Positions 24,681 through 37,590 are shown, numbered from the stretch's first letter. The stretch is DNA of 64,000 nucleotides from Fistulifera solaris (GCA_030295235.1 AP026152.1:744001-808000), one strand, 5' to 3'. Program-made: numbers and translations. The notes: a model not told the origin generated them from the letters alone.

Positions 24681-24869
24681 GTCTAAGTTTTGCGCTCACA
24701 CATGTTTCGACTAAATTCCAGTCGAAACAAGACATCTTGTAAACTTTCGGCTCATCGTGAATTTATAAAAATATGCCTCGTTAAGAGGAAAGGCGCGTTT
24801 TCATTGAATAAAATCAGGCTTACACTGCAAGTTTTAGTGCCTATAGCATTATTGTTGCGAAAAGACTCC

Positions 24870-25960
24870 TTACGGAAATAACCAAATCCAATCTTCTTCG
24901 TCGCATTCCTTTACACGGGTACCATCCGGATACAGCTTGTATCCATCCGAAGTCATTTCAACATCTTCCAAGGCGCTCCACAGATCCAATCGTAACATCG
25001 AATCATCATCTTCAGTGACATTTCCTTCGATAGAAACATGATCTAAACATTCTGCATCATTGTTGATGCGTCCTCCTCCTGTTTGTGCGATCATGCGTTC
25101 CCACGCTAACTCTTTGCGCAGCTCTTGTCGTGCAACGTAGGCTGTACTAATGACCGCGCCAATGCAAAAGCCCAAACCAGCCACAATCAGTAAAATACGC
25201 ACAGAATATACCACCGCATCGGGATCTTCGGCAGCATAGACCATTTGTTCGGCCGTGGCACCAGCCACGACGGTCAACAGTGTCATGGGGATGATCCCTA
25301 CCAGCGAGTAGAGAAATTGTTCGACAGTAATATCGGTACTCCCTGCGATATGATTGAGTGCATTGAAGGGCACAACCGGGCACAATCGCAACAAAAGGAA
25401 AACACGGAAACCGTGCCTAGACATGGTCCGATGAATGGCTCGAATGATGCGATAGCGTTTCGCAAAAAGCGTCACCAGATCACGCATCATATACCGTGAA
25501 CGGAACAAGGCCAAGACGGCACCGACAGTGCATCCAAACAGGGAAGCAAAGAATACCAAGGCAACCCCCAGGCCCCCGCCGCTGTACTGTAAATGTAACC
25601 TCCCATAAAGAGAATCGGTAAGGGCGGAATCATGACGAGTGCCGCCAGGATGAGCACGGCAATGTACAACCATGTTCCCCGAATCAGATGCGTCGCCAAG
25701 TATTTCCCGTAAGCTTGTATGGCTTGCACAATCGTCCCGAGAAAGAGTAAATCCAGAATGACATAGAGACTGCAAGCCATCATGAGAATGGTCAAGACTT
25801 TTTTCTTCCAACTGCGATGTCGGAAAAAGTCCATTAATTCATACACTAGATCTCTGATTTCCGTTTGTATTCGAAAGAGCTTGCTGTTGTTATTCTCCTC
25901 TTTGAAAGACGACATGGTTCGGTAGGAGGTCGATGAAACGGCTTGACAAGTTTCCGTCAT
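24870..25960 (-). CDS. TVP38/TMEM64 (SNARE-associated, VTT/DedA family) membrane protein
   Basis: ALVMIPPLPILFMGGYIY and LLLRLCPVVPFNALNHIAG...YSLVGIIP. The two ORFs are joined by one frameshift near 25590. Confidence 0.85.
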
Positions 25961-26265
25961 GATAGGTTGTTATGCAATAGAATTATGATTTGAATGGGCT
26001 GTTTGTGCAAGCCACTTGTATCTATAACGAAAGCAGCATTAACAAGGGAAATACAAGCCTTTTGAATACTCTTTGCTCTCAATGATCATGAATTACTTCT
26101 GCCTTTGACGACAAATGGACGGAAATGCGTTGCGTTTTTGCTGGCGCCTGCTTGCGGTTGTTCGAACGCGAGGAAAAAGCGCAAACATCATCAGTACCGG
26201 TCGGATGTCTGAATTTAAGCTTTAGACCTTCCAGTTCCAGGTTCCGTTTCCGCTGACCTTGCTTC

Positions 26266-26472
26266 TGACTTGACTCACAAGGAATGCATAAAGATGATAA
26301 TGATGGAAAAAAGATATTATGGCTTGTTAAAGACTACGATGAAAAGATGAGCAGGACGCAGTTCTCAATAAGTGAGAACGATTCATGAATGGAATCGATA
26401 ATGGAATCCCGTGACCCTTAACCTTCTAAGGACAGAACGTGAAGAATGTACAAGACGATGTAGTGTACTGCA
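26266..26472 (-). repeat. Gypsy 3' LTR (207 bp)
   Basis: Identical to 38850-39057 except for one A in an A-run. Adjacent to the PPT. Confidence 0.95.
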
Positions 26473-26519
26473 TTCTGCCTCCCAAGATTGCTTGAAGAGT
26501 AATCTTGTTGGATAGAATA

Positions 26520-29500
26520 TTAACGTAGATAAGGTTTCACTCTTCGAATATTGATATGTTCTTGAACTGTATCGTTGAGTTGGATTGTAAGATTTCCGTT
26601 TTGAAAAACTTCGACCACTTTGTAGGGTCCAATCGCTCTGTCTTGTAGTTTTGATGGTTGGTAGACGAGTTTAAGGACTTCCATTCCTGGTCTGTAGTTG
26701 AAAGGGAATCGCTTTTGGTTAGCTGTGACTGTTCGAGTGTCGATTAGTTGTTGTTTGTGTTGTTGAATGGTAATCCAATCTGCGACAACTGGTATATCTA
26801 AAATCATGTCTCCGACCAAAAACTAGGGATCCTGGTGTGGCTTTGAGTCCTCCATGGCATGAAGCTCTGAGTGCAAATACAGTGTTGGCAAGAGCGGTAT
26901 CGACCATGAGTTTGCCTGTTTCTAAGGCTGTCGGAGGATTTAAAGTAGACATTGTTCGTGAGAATATTGCCGACCGATTGATGCATCCGCTCACAGATCG
27001 CGTTTGATGTTGGTGTTTTCTTGTTCGAAGGTGACTTGTGAAGTCCATATTTTTCGAGTTCGATTTGAAATCCATATCCGATGAACTCTCCGCCTTGATC
27101 GTATGTACAAAAGAGTGGCCGTGGGTACTTCCGATAGCCATGCGTTATGTAGTTGTAGGGCGACGTAATCGCGCGTTTGTTATCTAGTCGAATGAGTTCT
27201 GCGAGGTTTGTTACCGGATCGATGATCGAAAGGGCGATGAAGTTGTGCTGTTGACCTGCTATTTGAAGAGTCCATGGTCCTATTAGATCAACACAGATGT
27301 CTCTCCAGGGATGAATATTTGCTTCACGAGGGTGGTAGTTCACCGTATCCGCGTTGTAGTTGTTTCTTGCGTTGGCATTCATCGCATCTTGATACGTAGT
27401 CATCTATCTTGTTTCGTAGTTGGGAATTGTAGAGATGTGTGGAGATTGTGTCAAATAGTCTACTTCTTCCTAGATGACCGAGTACGAAGTGGTACCATGC
27501 CACCGTCTCATGTAATAGTTCATCTGGTAAGTAGATCTTCCACGGTTCATTTGGTTTTGGAATAAAGCATGTCACATAGACTTGGGGTGCGAGCATTTGT
27601 TCGCAGAATGATTGTGGAAATTTTTCTGCATTAGCGATTGCAAACGGGGCGTCCCTCATTTGTACCGCTCGAAGCCTCTTGTAATCTAAGACAAAGGGCT
27701 TTCACTTGATTGAGTGGTAAATTGAGAAGCAACACTTGAGGTCGTCATTGTCGATGGCCATTGAATAAAATGATTGACTTTCGTCTTCTCCAGAGTTTTT
27801 GTATTGTGGTTCGAACCTGTTGAGAATGTTTTCATCAAAATGCAAGCGTGAGAGTGCGTCGGCTAAAGGATTATCTTCGCCTTTGATATGATGCATGTGT
27901 ATACCGTATTAGATCCAGAAATGTCTTCCAGCGTAGTACTCTTTGAGACGTGCAGTTGTCGAAGACATTATTCGCGATGGTCAGTATAGACGTGGATTTC
28001 TGGACAACCGTGAGAGCATTGTGCGAAATTCATGCAGGAGTTTGACAATAGATAGTAGTTCTTTTTCTCCTGTGGAATAGTTTCGTTGCGCTTTGTCAAG
28101 TTTTTTTTGTATAGTAGGCAACTGGCATTTTGTCTTGGAATATGGCCGCGCCCATTTGCTCGCCATGCGTCGGCATAAATGTGAAATGGTTTGTTATGGT
28201 CTGGGTATCGGAGAAAGGCATCTTGAGCTAGTAGTGCTTTGATTTCGTTGAACGCTTTGTCCATTTCTTCGGTCCATTTGAAGTTGCCTTTCATTGCTGT
28301 TGCTTTTGATAAAGGTGCAAGAATATGAGCTCGACGAGGATACATGTCTCGGTAAAAGTTGATCGCTCCGAGAAAGCTTCGTAATTGATGTATGTCTTGA
28401 GGAGCTTTGAGCGCGAGAATGGGTGCAATACGTTTCTTCCAAGGCTTAAGACCGTTCGGAGTTAACCAGTATCCAAGCCAATCTGTTTCTTGTACTCCCC
28501 ATTCACACTTTGAAGGATTGACCGTGAAGTTATAGTCTTGTAGTGTCGTTAGAACTCGATCGAGAAGTTTGAGATGTGCTTCCCAAGAGTCCGAAAAGCA
28601 TCCGACGTCGTCGATATAGACTTCGACGTCTTCGAAGTTGCGAAAGATCTTTTCCATTTTCTCTTGCGCGATATCTGGAGATTGTGATATTCCCATTGGT
28701 AATCTATTGTATCGGTAGTTTCCAAATGGCGTACAAATGACGCAGAGATTCTTGCTTTCCTCGTCAAGTTCGAAAGTATAAAATTGCATTGAGATGTCGA
28801 GTTTAAGGTATCTGTATCCTTTCCGTCGCTTGAGGATATCGGTAATGATTGGGATGTTGTAAACCTTTCTTCTGATAACCTTGTTGAGCTGTCGGAAGTC
28901 TGATATCCATCGGACTCGACCGTCTTTCTTCGGAATAATAAATGATGGTGAAAGCCATTCGGACGGTCCAAATTTGGAGAGGACGCCGATAGCTTCAAGG
29001 TGTTCGAGCTCGCCTTTGAAAGTAATTCTGTTGTATGGTGATATTGGATAGTAACGGCATGAATGGGGCTTGCTTCCAGGTTGAATATCGATATGAACTT
29101 TTTCCGGAAAGCAACCGAGTTTGCCTGAAAAGAGACGCTTGTATTTCGATAGTAGTTGTGTGAGTTGTTCTTTTGTGTTTCATTTAAATGAGCTTGATTT
29201 TGTGCGACTGCATTCGTGTCGACTTCTTCATATCCTGCTGGTAGGATCTCTTTTGATTTGTATCCTGCCTCCTTAATTTGTTCTTCTGTGATATAGGCTT
29301 CAAATGAATTGTCTTTCTTGGTTTCGAGGAGATCGGACATTGAAGTAAACTGTGCTGAGAAATAGTTCGGCGAAGTAGTCACTTGATCTAAACGGTATTT
29401 CGTGTTCGAACCATGATACGGTCTTTGTTGAACTATGGATGTCAATTCCGAGCTTGGTCATTAGGTCATTTCCGATGATTACGTCGTATATCGTTTTGTG

Positions 29501-30295
29501 CGTTGTCGAAAACGATACATGGAAGTGGACCAGGCACTCGTTGAGAGGCCGAAAACTCGGGTAGCGAAACGTCTTTTAAGAAAACCTGGTTGTTGTGCGT
29601 TTCGACACCATGAAGACCGACAATACGTTTTCCTTGAACGAGTTTTGGTGTCGCACCCTTTGGTAAGGCTCTTCGATTAAACATGGTATGGTCCAATCCT
29701 GAATCGAATAATACTTTCAATGGATGATGATTCTCTTGGTCTTGAATATATTTTACTGACATAATAGAAATAGGACGAGGGCGTGCCTTGCGACTGTTGT
29801 ATCATGTAATTTGGTATTAATTTAATGTCGCCGGCATAAAGATGTGAATGATGTAGAAGTAGATGCATTGGATTCACCCTGCGAAGACGACATTCCGGGA
29901 TGAGACATTAAATTTTCATCGGCAGATGTTACAAAGCTCGATGACATACCATAGAACTGATTGGGATACAAGTCGTTTTGCGCCATCATTCCTGTCGGAT
30001 TCGAAGGCGCTTCTTGAGCGACTTTTGCTTGATCTTGAGGTGCTGCTTTGCCATTGTTGCTCTTGTTTTCGCTTAGCTTGCGGATCTTGTTTGGATTGTA
30101 GTTATTTCCGCGTCGGTTATACCAGCAATCGTTCCAATCATGATGGCTGACTCCGTTTTTGTCGAGGCATTCACGTTTTCGGCAATCACCGACTGCTTTA
30201 AAAGTCTTGCGCTTGTTGCTGCCTCCATTGTTCTTGTTTCCTTGGTTGTTTCCTTGGTTAGAGTTGCTATTCTTGTTCTTCCATTTGTTGTTAGA
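26520..30295 (-). pseudogene. Gypsy gag C-terminus plus pol (protease, RT, RNase H, integrase), frameshifted
   Basis: Cys/His knuckle CRKREC...HHDWNDC; protease VLFDSG; RT YNRLPMG...YIDD; RNase H NYSTGEKELLSIV and VYTDH; integrase WYHFVLGH...CDEC, VDLIGPW, YDQGGEF and ICERMHQ; GPY/F motif AIGPYKVVEV. Confidence 0.9.
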
Positions 30296-30820
30296 TGACA
30301 AGTTATTATTTTGATTACGAGTCCCGGTGTTTGAATCGTGAGTGGCACGCTCCAGTCGGGAGTCGTTATCAGTCATGAACCCTTGAGTGACGTGTTGTTC
30401 CTTCAATGACGTGTTCCTTTTGGTGTCACGGAATCTATGTTGGGTTCCCTACAGTATTGCATTTACTGTATTAGTTTAAGTAGTTTAATTAATCGTGTGG
30501 CTGACAACCTTTGATGCCATGCGATCGTATCGTCGTTTGATGATTTTCATCAACGACAAGTTCTTATAATACGAAGTTTTTCTACTGCATCTTCATCTTG
30601 TTGATCGTTGGTAGTAAAGGCTTTTCGAAAGCGTCCTCTCTGTGGTATTTCGGTACTTGCAGAGTAATTGTTGTTGTTGTTGCATTCATTGCGTTTTCTT
30701 CGCCGTTACTGCGCGACCGGTTTTACGTCAGTTGGATTCGCCGTTGGTAGACGAAGTCTTATCACCGTATTGCGCTATAAGTCAAACCCACTTCGTTTGG
30801 TTCACGCGTAATACTTGTCA
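30296..30820 (+). repeat. Copia 5' LTR (525 bp)
   Basis: Direct repeat of 37591-38124, immediately followed by the PBS. Confidence 0.95.
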
Positions 30821-30834
30821 GATTAACAGTCGCA
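30821..30834 (+). promoter_or_regulatory. Primer binding site complementary to the anticodon arm of tRNA-Asn(GUU)
   Basis: GATTAACAGTCGCA has reverse complement TGCGA-CTGTTAA-TC: anticodon stem, GTT loop and two further bases. Confidence 0.7.
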
Positions 30835-31641
30835 TCGACTTGTCCGCTACTGGGCTTCGTCGACGAGGAACGAGCAGCTGTTTGTTCGTTTCTAACGGTT
30901 CCGTTATTTTTCAGCGTCGTCACTGGGACTTACCCGTGTTCGTCGCCTTCTCTCAAAACACTCCTACAGAAACAGCGAACGGTCCATTCGCTGTCTCAAT
31001 TGAAGAAAGACAAGCCCCAGCGAACGTTTTCCGACGATCTACCGGAATCCCTCGCGTTTTCATTGGCTTTCCGCTTCGCAGAGCTCTACTTTTTCGGCCC
31101 GTCGGACGACGTGTTGAGTTGCCCCTTGGAATTCCACCGAGTTCTTCCGCCCGTATTGTACCGAGCTGGAGTTTGTCGGAGGGTGTGCACTGGGTCTGGT
31201 AGTCGGTTTTACTGGCTCGTCAGATAGGTGTGCAGGGTGTCCGTGGCGAAAGCCTGGAATTAAAGTTACATCGCCCCTCGGGTACTAGGCGCGGCCTACG
31301 GAGGCTCGAAAGTACTTGGTTAGGTTTCTCTCGCCCTATAAAGAGAGCGGCTAGGGCCTGTCTAGTCGTGAGTTTCAGCGAACTGGTGTGAGGATCGTAT
31401 TTAATACTTTCCGGCGACAGCTATTGGTTTAGTGTTTCTCGCACACCGTTTTTAGTTCAAAGAGACAGCTGGAAAGAGTGGTTCCGCGGCTCACGCCTGC
31501 AGAAACTTGATAGGAGCAAGTTTCTCCTCTTTCATACACACAGCATATCGTGCACCGAGTAGTGTTTCTGCCTTCGTGTTCAGTTCGTGAGCAAAGAGAC
31601 ACTCCTCTGATAAGTTAGCTGGACAACTAACTTTCCTCAAG

Positions 31642-34600
31642 ATGTCCGACGATTTCATTGAACAAGAAATCGAAGCCGCGCCAAGCGCTACGGGCACCGT
31701 TCGACCACGTACTTGAAGTTATTCTTGGATTTGATAAGGAGTCTACGCTCTACTTAGCACTTGTCGAAAACGGTTGGAATGACGTCGACTGCTTCCGCGG
31801 GCTTCGTGAGCAAGACCTTAACGCTCATGAACTACCGTCCCCTTCCGCAGGGCAAAAAAAGAAGATGCCCACTCTTCTCCCGGGTTCTCTCGGTGTTTTT
31901 CGAGCTTGGGTTCGTTTCTGTCGTTCTCTTCCGCCTATGGCCCCGGGTGGGTATTTGGAAATCACCCGTGAGGAGTTCTTAGAGTTCCGTCGTAGCGAGA
32001 CAGGAGATCCAGTCACTAATTCTCCGTCAGCACCTGCTAACGACCCAGGTTTTAAAACTCCTATGCGTGGTGGTCCCATCCTGGCTCCTCCAACTTTTAC
32101 TCCTAAGCCCGCGAAGTCCCCCCGCTGACTACTTCCGGCAGAGTATCAAAGTGGACACGTCAGTTTACCCAGTCTTCCGGGTCGCTTCTGAATGGCATAG
32201 CTGGCTCCGCGAATTCCGACTTCATGCTAAGGCTCAAGATCTATCCGACGTACTAAACCCGGATTACGAGCCTCAGTCATCGGAAAGTGCCGCTCTTTTT
32301 CGTGCAAAACAAGAAGTGATGATGTCTATCTTTGTTCGCACGTTAAAGACACCGGTTGCAGAGTCCTTCCTTTACGAGAACGGCACGACAGCCCAGGAAG
32401 TCTTTAAATCTTTGGTTAACTATTACACAAATTCTGCGCATGCCGAATTTGCTTCTAATAATTTGCTACAAGATATTATGTCCTGGCGTTATGGCGTTAC
32501 TCCCTGGAATAGTACCACCGAGAACTTCCTCCTTAAATGGGTCGGGATGATTCGTGATTACGAGTCCTCAAACGGACGTGGGCGATCTTACCGGAGACTG
32601 TGAAGCTCAACTTGGCAAAACAGATTATGTCGAGTATACCCGCTTTCAGTATCGTTCATCAGATCGCGGAACAGAACAGAATTCATCATGGACATTCGCC
32701 GACGTTCGATTACTATATCGAGCTTCTTAAGACGCAGGCCCAAACGTACGATAAAGGCCCCCTTGGCGAAAGTTGCGAAACACGTTCCTCTGCCACCACA
32801 TAAGGTATACGCACGAACTAGGCGATTTACAGACAATGGCCGATAGTAGCGAACCCAATTTCCCACCTCACGTTTACATGGCTGACGATGGGGAGATCTT
32901 CTACGATACCTATGCTACCGACCGTGGTCCGAGAACCCCAGCACCGCGTGTGGATAGTGAGATTTGGTCTTCGTTGTCTGAGAATGATCGCCGTGGTTGG
33001 CTTTCTATTTCAGGTTCTGGACGATCAGCTATTCTGGGACGTGAGGCATCGGTTTCCCATAACGTCAACATCCATGACATTAAACTAGGCGATCTACTAT
33101 CCGCTTATGCTCATGACAGCAGCCGTAACTCTTCCTCTAGCGATAGCAAACATGTTAGTTTTTCTCCCGATTTCCCTACTTCGACGCCTATAGACGCATC
33201 CGGTACTAGTCTCCCTAGTGGAAATAGTGGCAGCGTCGCATTTCCTAGCGGAAAACGTCCTCCCCACCCGGCTTCTATGTCTGCCCTTTTGGGTGTGCCT
33301 ACGTCACGTCCTTCTACGTCAACAACTAGAGAAGTTAATGCGGTTCGTTATCTCGTCTCCCTTCACGATCACGAACCTGCCCTCTCATTGGTTGACCGTG
33401 GTGCTAATGGCGGTGTGGCCGGTGATGATGTTCGCCTTATCTCGCGTTCGCCCCATCATACTGTTGATATCCAAGGTATCGATAATCACATGATGAATTC
33501 AGTCCCGATTGCTACCGTCGGTGGTGTTATTGACACCCAGCTTGGCCCTCGCATTGCCATCTTCCATAACTACGCCTACATCGGACGTGGGTCAACTATC
33601 CATTCTTCCGGCCTCAGATGGAATCTTTTGGTAACCGCGTGGACGATCGCCTCCCCTAGCTGTTGGCGGGACTCAGCGTATTACCACGCTGGATGGTCAT
33701 GTTATCCCTCTCCGGTTTCAACGTGGTCTGGCACGCCTCCCCATTCGCCCGTTTACCGATGCCGAATTCGATCTTTTCCCGCATCTTATCATGACGGACG
33801 AACTTGCATGGGATCCTGCAGATCTTGACTGTGATCCGCCTGACGATTTCAACGACGACCAGAATAACAATTTCCGGCGCACTACTTTCTTCGATGAGCG
33901 CGGTGATTATCTACAGCGTGTTGTCGCTTCTCATTCTATTCGTCCTCGGCTTGATGGGGAGACTATTCACGATCCTAGCCCTTCCGGTGCGCCCGCCGAG
34001 GCTTTAGTTCAGCGCCCTCGACTTCATTCGCCTTCGATGTTAATTTTACGTCTCCAAGTAATCTCCGTAATTTTCCATCTCCGTTTGCTGAGGTCTTAGC
34101 TTCGCTCGAGGACGTGGTCGGCGCCTTTGCCCATTTTCATCATACGCCAGCTATGACTATGACGTCACCCGTGATTCAGGTTTTTGATCATGACTCAAAG
34201 GCTCCTCCGGCTGACGTCACACCTGCTCTCCTCCACCACTTCCCGGCCGCTGACGTCACCCCCCGGAAAGAAAGATTACGACGAACTTCGTCCTTTTCTG
34301 GGTTGGTTAAGCACCGACACTGTTCGCGAAGACGTTTCAGCATACTACACAGTACGCTCATCTCCCTGGCGGAACCATTCTTAAGAAACATTTTAAGTCG
34401 CCTCACCCAGCACTTAATGTGGTACGCGCAACGAAGATCTAGCTACTGATACCATCTTTGCGAAATGTCCTGCTATTGATTCCAGTGTTACTATGGCCCA
34501 AATCTTTGTCGGTACGACTTCCAAGGTTATTGATGTCTACCCCCTCAAAGTTGAGTCTCAATTCGTCAATGCGTTGGAAGACGTTATTCGCGAACGCGGT

Positions 34601-37470
34601 GCACCCAACCGTCTCATCAGCGATAGTGCCAAGGTCGAAACCAGCCTCAAGGTTCAGACTCTTCATGCGTACCCTTTACATTGGCGAGTGGCAAAGTGAG
34701 CCTGCCCATCAGCATCAAAATCCTGCCGAGCACACCATTCAGTATTTGAAGACGTCGTGCAATACCATTATGGATCGCACGGGTGCCCCGCCCTGAACTT
34801 TGGCTACTTGGCGCTTCAATACACGGCATCCCTTTTGAGCCATGTTTTCAATGATAGCATTGACGGAATTCCTCTTCAGCGTTGTACTGGCTCTACACCC
34901 GACATCAGCGTTTTCCTGCGGTTTCACTTCTCCCAGAAAGTCTACTACAGACTTGACGATAGTGACTTTCCTACTTCAACCTCGTGAGGCCCTTGGATAC
35001 ATGGTCGGTATTGCCGATACTGTGGGTCACGCTTTGACCTACAAGATTCTTTCCGCTGATACGGGCCGGATTCTTATGCGCTCCAATTTACGCCCCGTGA
35101 CCGATGCCGATCCGAATTTGCGCGCCGCACCACATCGTGGGGAGAGTTCACATGTCCCTACCCCCGTTTTGGGTCCTAGTAACATTGCAGAAACGTTGTG
35201 GCGCGCCGCACCAATCAAAAACTACTCGGATCTCCAAGGGCGTTTCTTTTTTACTACAGCCACGTTGACGATGGCCAACGATTCGGAAGCTACGGTCATT
35301 GAAGCTCTAGGCGATTTCGAAAATAGTTGCAATGCTTCGCCCTGAGCACGTTAAGTTCCGTTGTTCGGGTTAACAACAACGAATACTGAAGAAATCTTGT
35401 CTTACCAGGAACTTATGGACCTTCTTGCCGAAAACCAGGCCGATGATGAAGTTTACTGGCGATTTCGCTCGATCTCCGACCATCAGGGTCCCTTGAAACC
35501 CGACGATCCTAATTACAAAGGGTCCTCGTACAACGTCAAAGTTGAATGGGAAAATGGGGAGACCACGTGGGAGCCGCTGAATACCTTCAAGAAAGATGCC
35601 CCCGTCGAATGCGCTATCTATGCACGAGAACACCAGCTTCTGCATTTAGATGGATGGAAATCTTTCAAGAAAATCGCTAAGCAAAATGACAAGGTTTTTA
35701 GCCGCATCGTCAAGCAAGCCAAACTTCAAAACTATCGCAACTCAAAGAAATATAAATTTGGTTATGAAGTTGCGTTAGATGAAGAAGACGCTGGCTAGAC
35801 TAGACCGTCTAAACGGAAATACGCTATGGGGAGACTCGATTGAACTTGAGATTGGCGCCCTAGACGATTACGACACTTTCCACGACAAGGGCCATAAAGA
35901 CAAATGTAAGCCCCCAGAAGGTTATCGTAAGATTCGGGTCCATTTCGTCTTCGATGTTAAACACGATGGTCGACACAAGGCTCGCTTAGTGGCTGGGGGC
36001 CATCTTACCCATACCTTTAGAGTCAGTTTACTCAGGTGTCGTTACTCTCCGTGGCTTGTATCGTCTGCTTCATCTCAGAACTCAATGAGCTCATTCTGTA
36101 CGCAACGGACATCGGCAATGCCTATCTCGAGGCTTTTACTAAGGAGAAACTATACTTCATCGCTGGACCAAGTTTCGGTGCGCGCTGTGGGGCATATCCT
36201 TGTCATTAATAAAGCCCTTTATGGTCTTCGCACGTCTGGTCTTCGTTGGCACGAAAGATTTGCTGACGTTTTACGCACGATGGGTTTCTATCCTTCTAAG
36301 GCCGAACCTGACATCTGGATGCGAGAAAATGAAGGTCTCTACGAATATATAGCTGTTTACGTAGATGATATCGCCATCGCCGCTCGGAACCCGATGAGTA
36401 TCGTTAAAGAACTTACTGAAACCCACAAGTTCAAACTCAAGGGTACCGGTCCAATCTCCTATCATCTAGGCATGGATTTTTTCCGCGATGGAGAAGGACA
36501 TCTTTGCTATGCGCCACGGAAGTCCATCGAAAGGATGATGAAAGCGTATGAGTCTCTTTTTGGTGAGAAGCCCAAACGGACTTACCATTCCCCGCTAGTG
36601 CCCGGCGATCACCCCCGAGACCGACATGTCCGAACTTTTGGATGCCGACGGCATTAAGAAGTATCAGTCGCTCATTGGTGCATTGCAATGGGTCATTACT
36701 ATCGGGCGATTTGATATTATGACAGCTGTCATGACGCTATCTTCGTTCGAGCCGCACCGAAGGGGGCATCTAGATAGAGCCAAAAGAATCTATGGCTATT
36801 TATCCTGTATGCGAAATGCGGCCATTTGTATTCGCACGAAAGAGCCTGATTTCTCGGCAATCCCGGATCCGGATCATGACTGGAAGTACTCAGTGTATGG
36901 CGACACAAAAGAAGAAATTCCACACGACGCACCTAAGCCTCTGGGGAAGTTTGTGACTACAGTACACTATGTCGATGCGAACCTTATGCATTGCACTCTG
37001 ACAGGAAAATCAGTCACAGGCATTCTTCATTTTCTAAATGGTACCGATCGAATGGTATTCAAAGAAGCAAGCTACAGTCGGAAACGGCCACCTTTGGAAG
37101 CCGAATACACCGCAGCAAGGACGTGTGTTGAACAAATCATTGATTTACGTCTTACACTACGTTATTTGGGTGTACCTATTCGCAAGAAGAGCTATGTTTT
37201 TGGTGATAACAAAACCGTCGTTGACACAGCTAGCACGCCCCATGGAAAGTTGAACAAGAGACATACCGCACTCTCTTATCATCGGGTTCGCTGAGCGTAG
37301 CTAGCGGGATGGTCGGATTCTACCACATTCCTGGCGAGTTCAATGCAGCCGATATTGTGAGCAAACACTGGGGCGTACCAAGCAGTTTGGCATAGCACCT
37401 TGCGTCCTTTGCTTTTCTGGATTCCAGGAATGTCCGGCGAATCCTTTGTGTCCGATGACAATGGGTAATT
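31642..37470 (+). pseudogene. Copia gag-pol polyprotein, heavily frameshifted in this assembly
   Basis: Gag ATG at 31642; protease LVDRGANGGVAG; integrase RLISDSAKVE and HQHQNPAEH; RT HFVFDVKHDGRHKARLVAGGH, KALYGLRTSG and YVDD; RNase H HYVDANL and VFGDNKTVV. Confidence 0.9.
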
Positions 37471-37590
37471 CGAACCCATCGTGTCTACAAGAGTACATAT
37501 CCCGCTGCAGAGTGTACTGACTGTCATTCCGACAGCCGCATCTTTATGTTTTTTTTTATTATTTATCCGCCGTTGAAGGAAAATGGGGAG

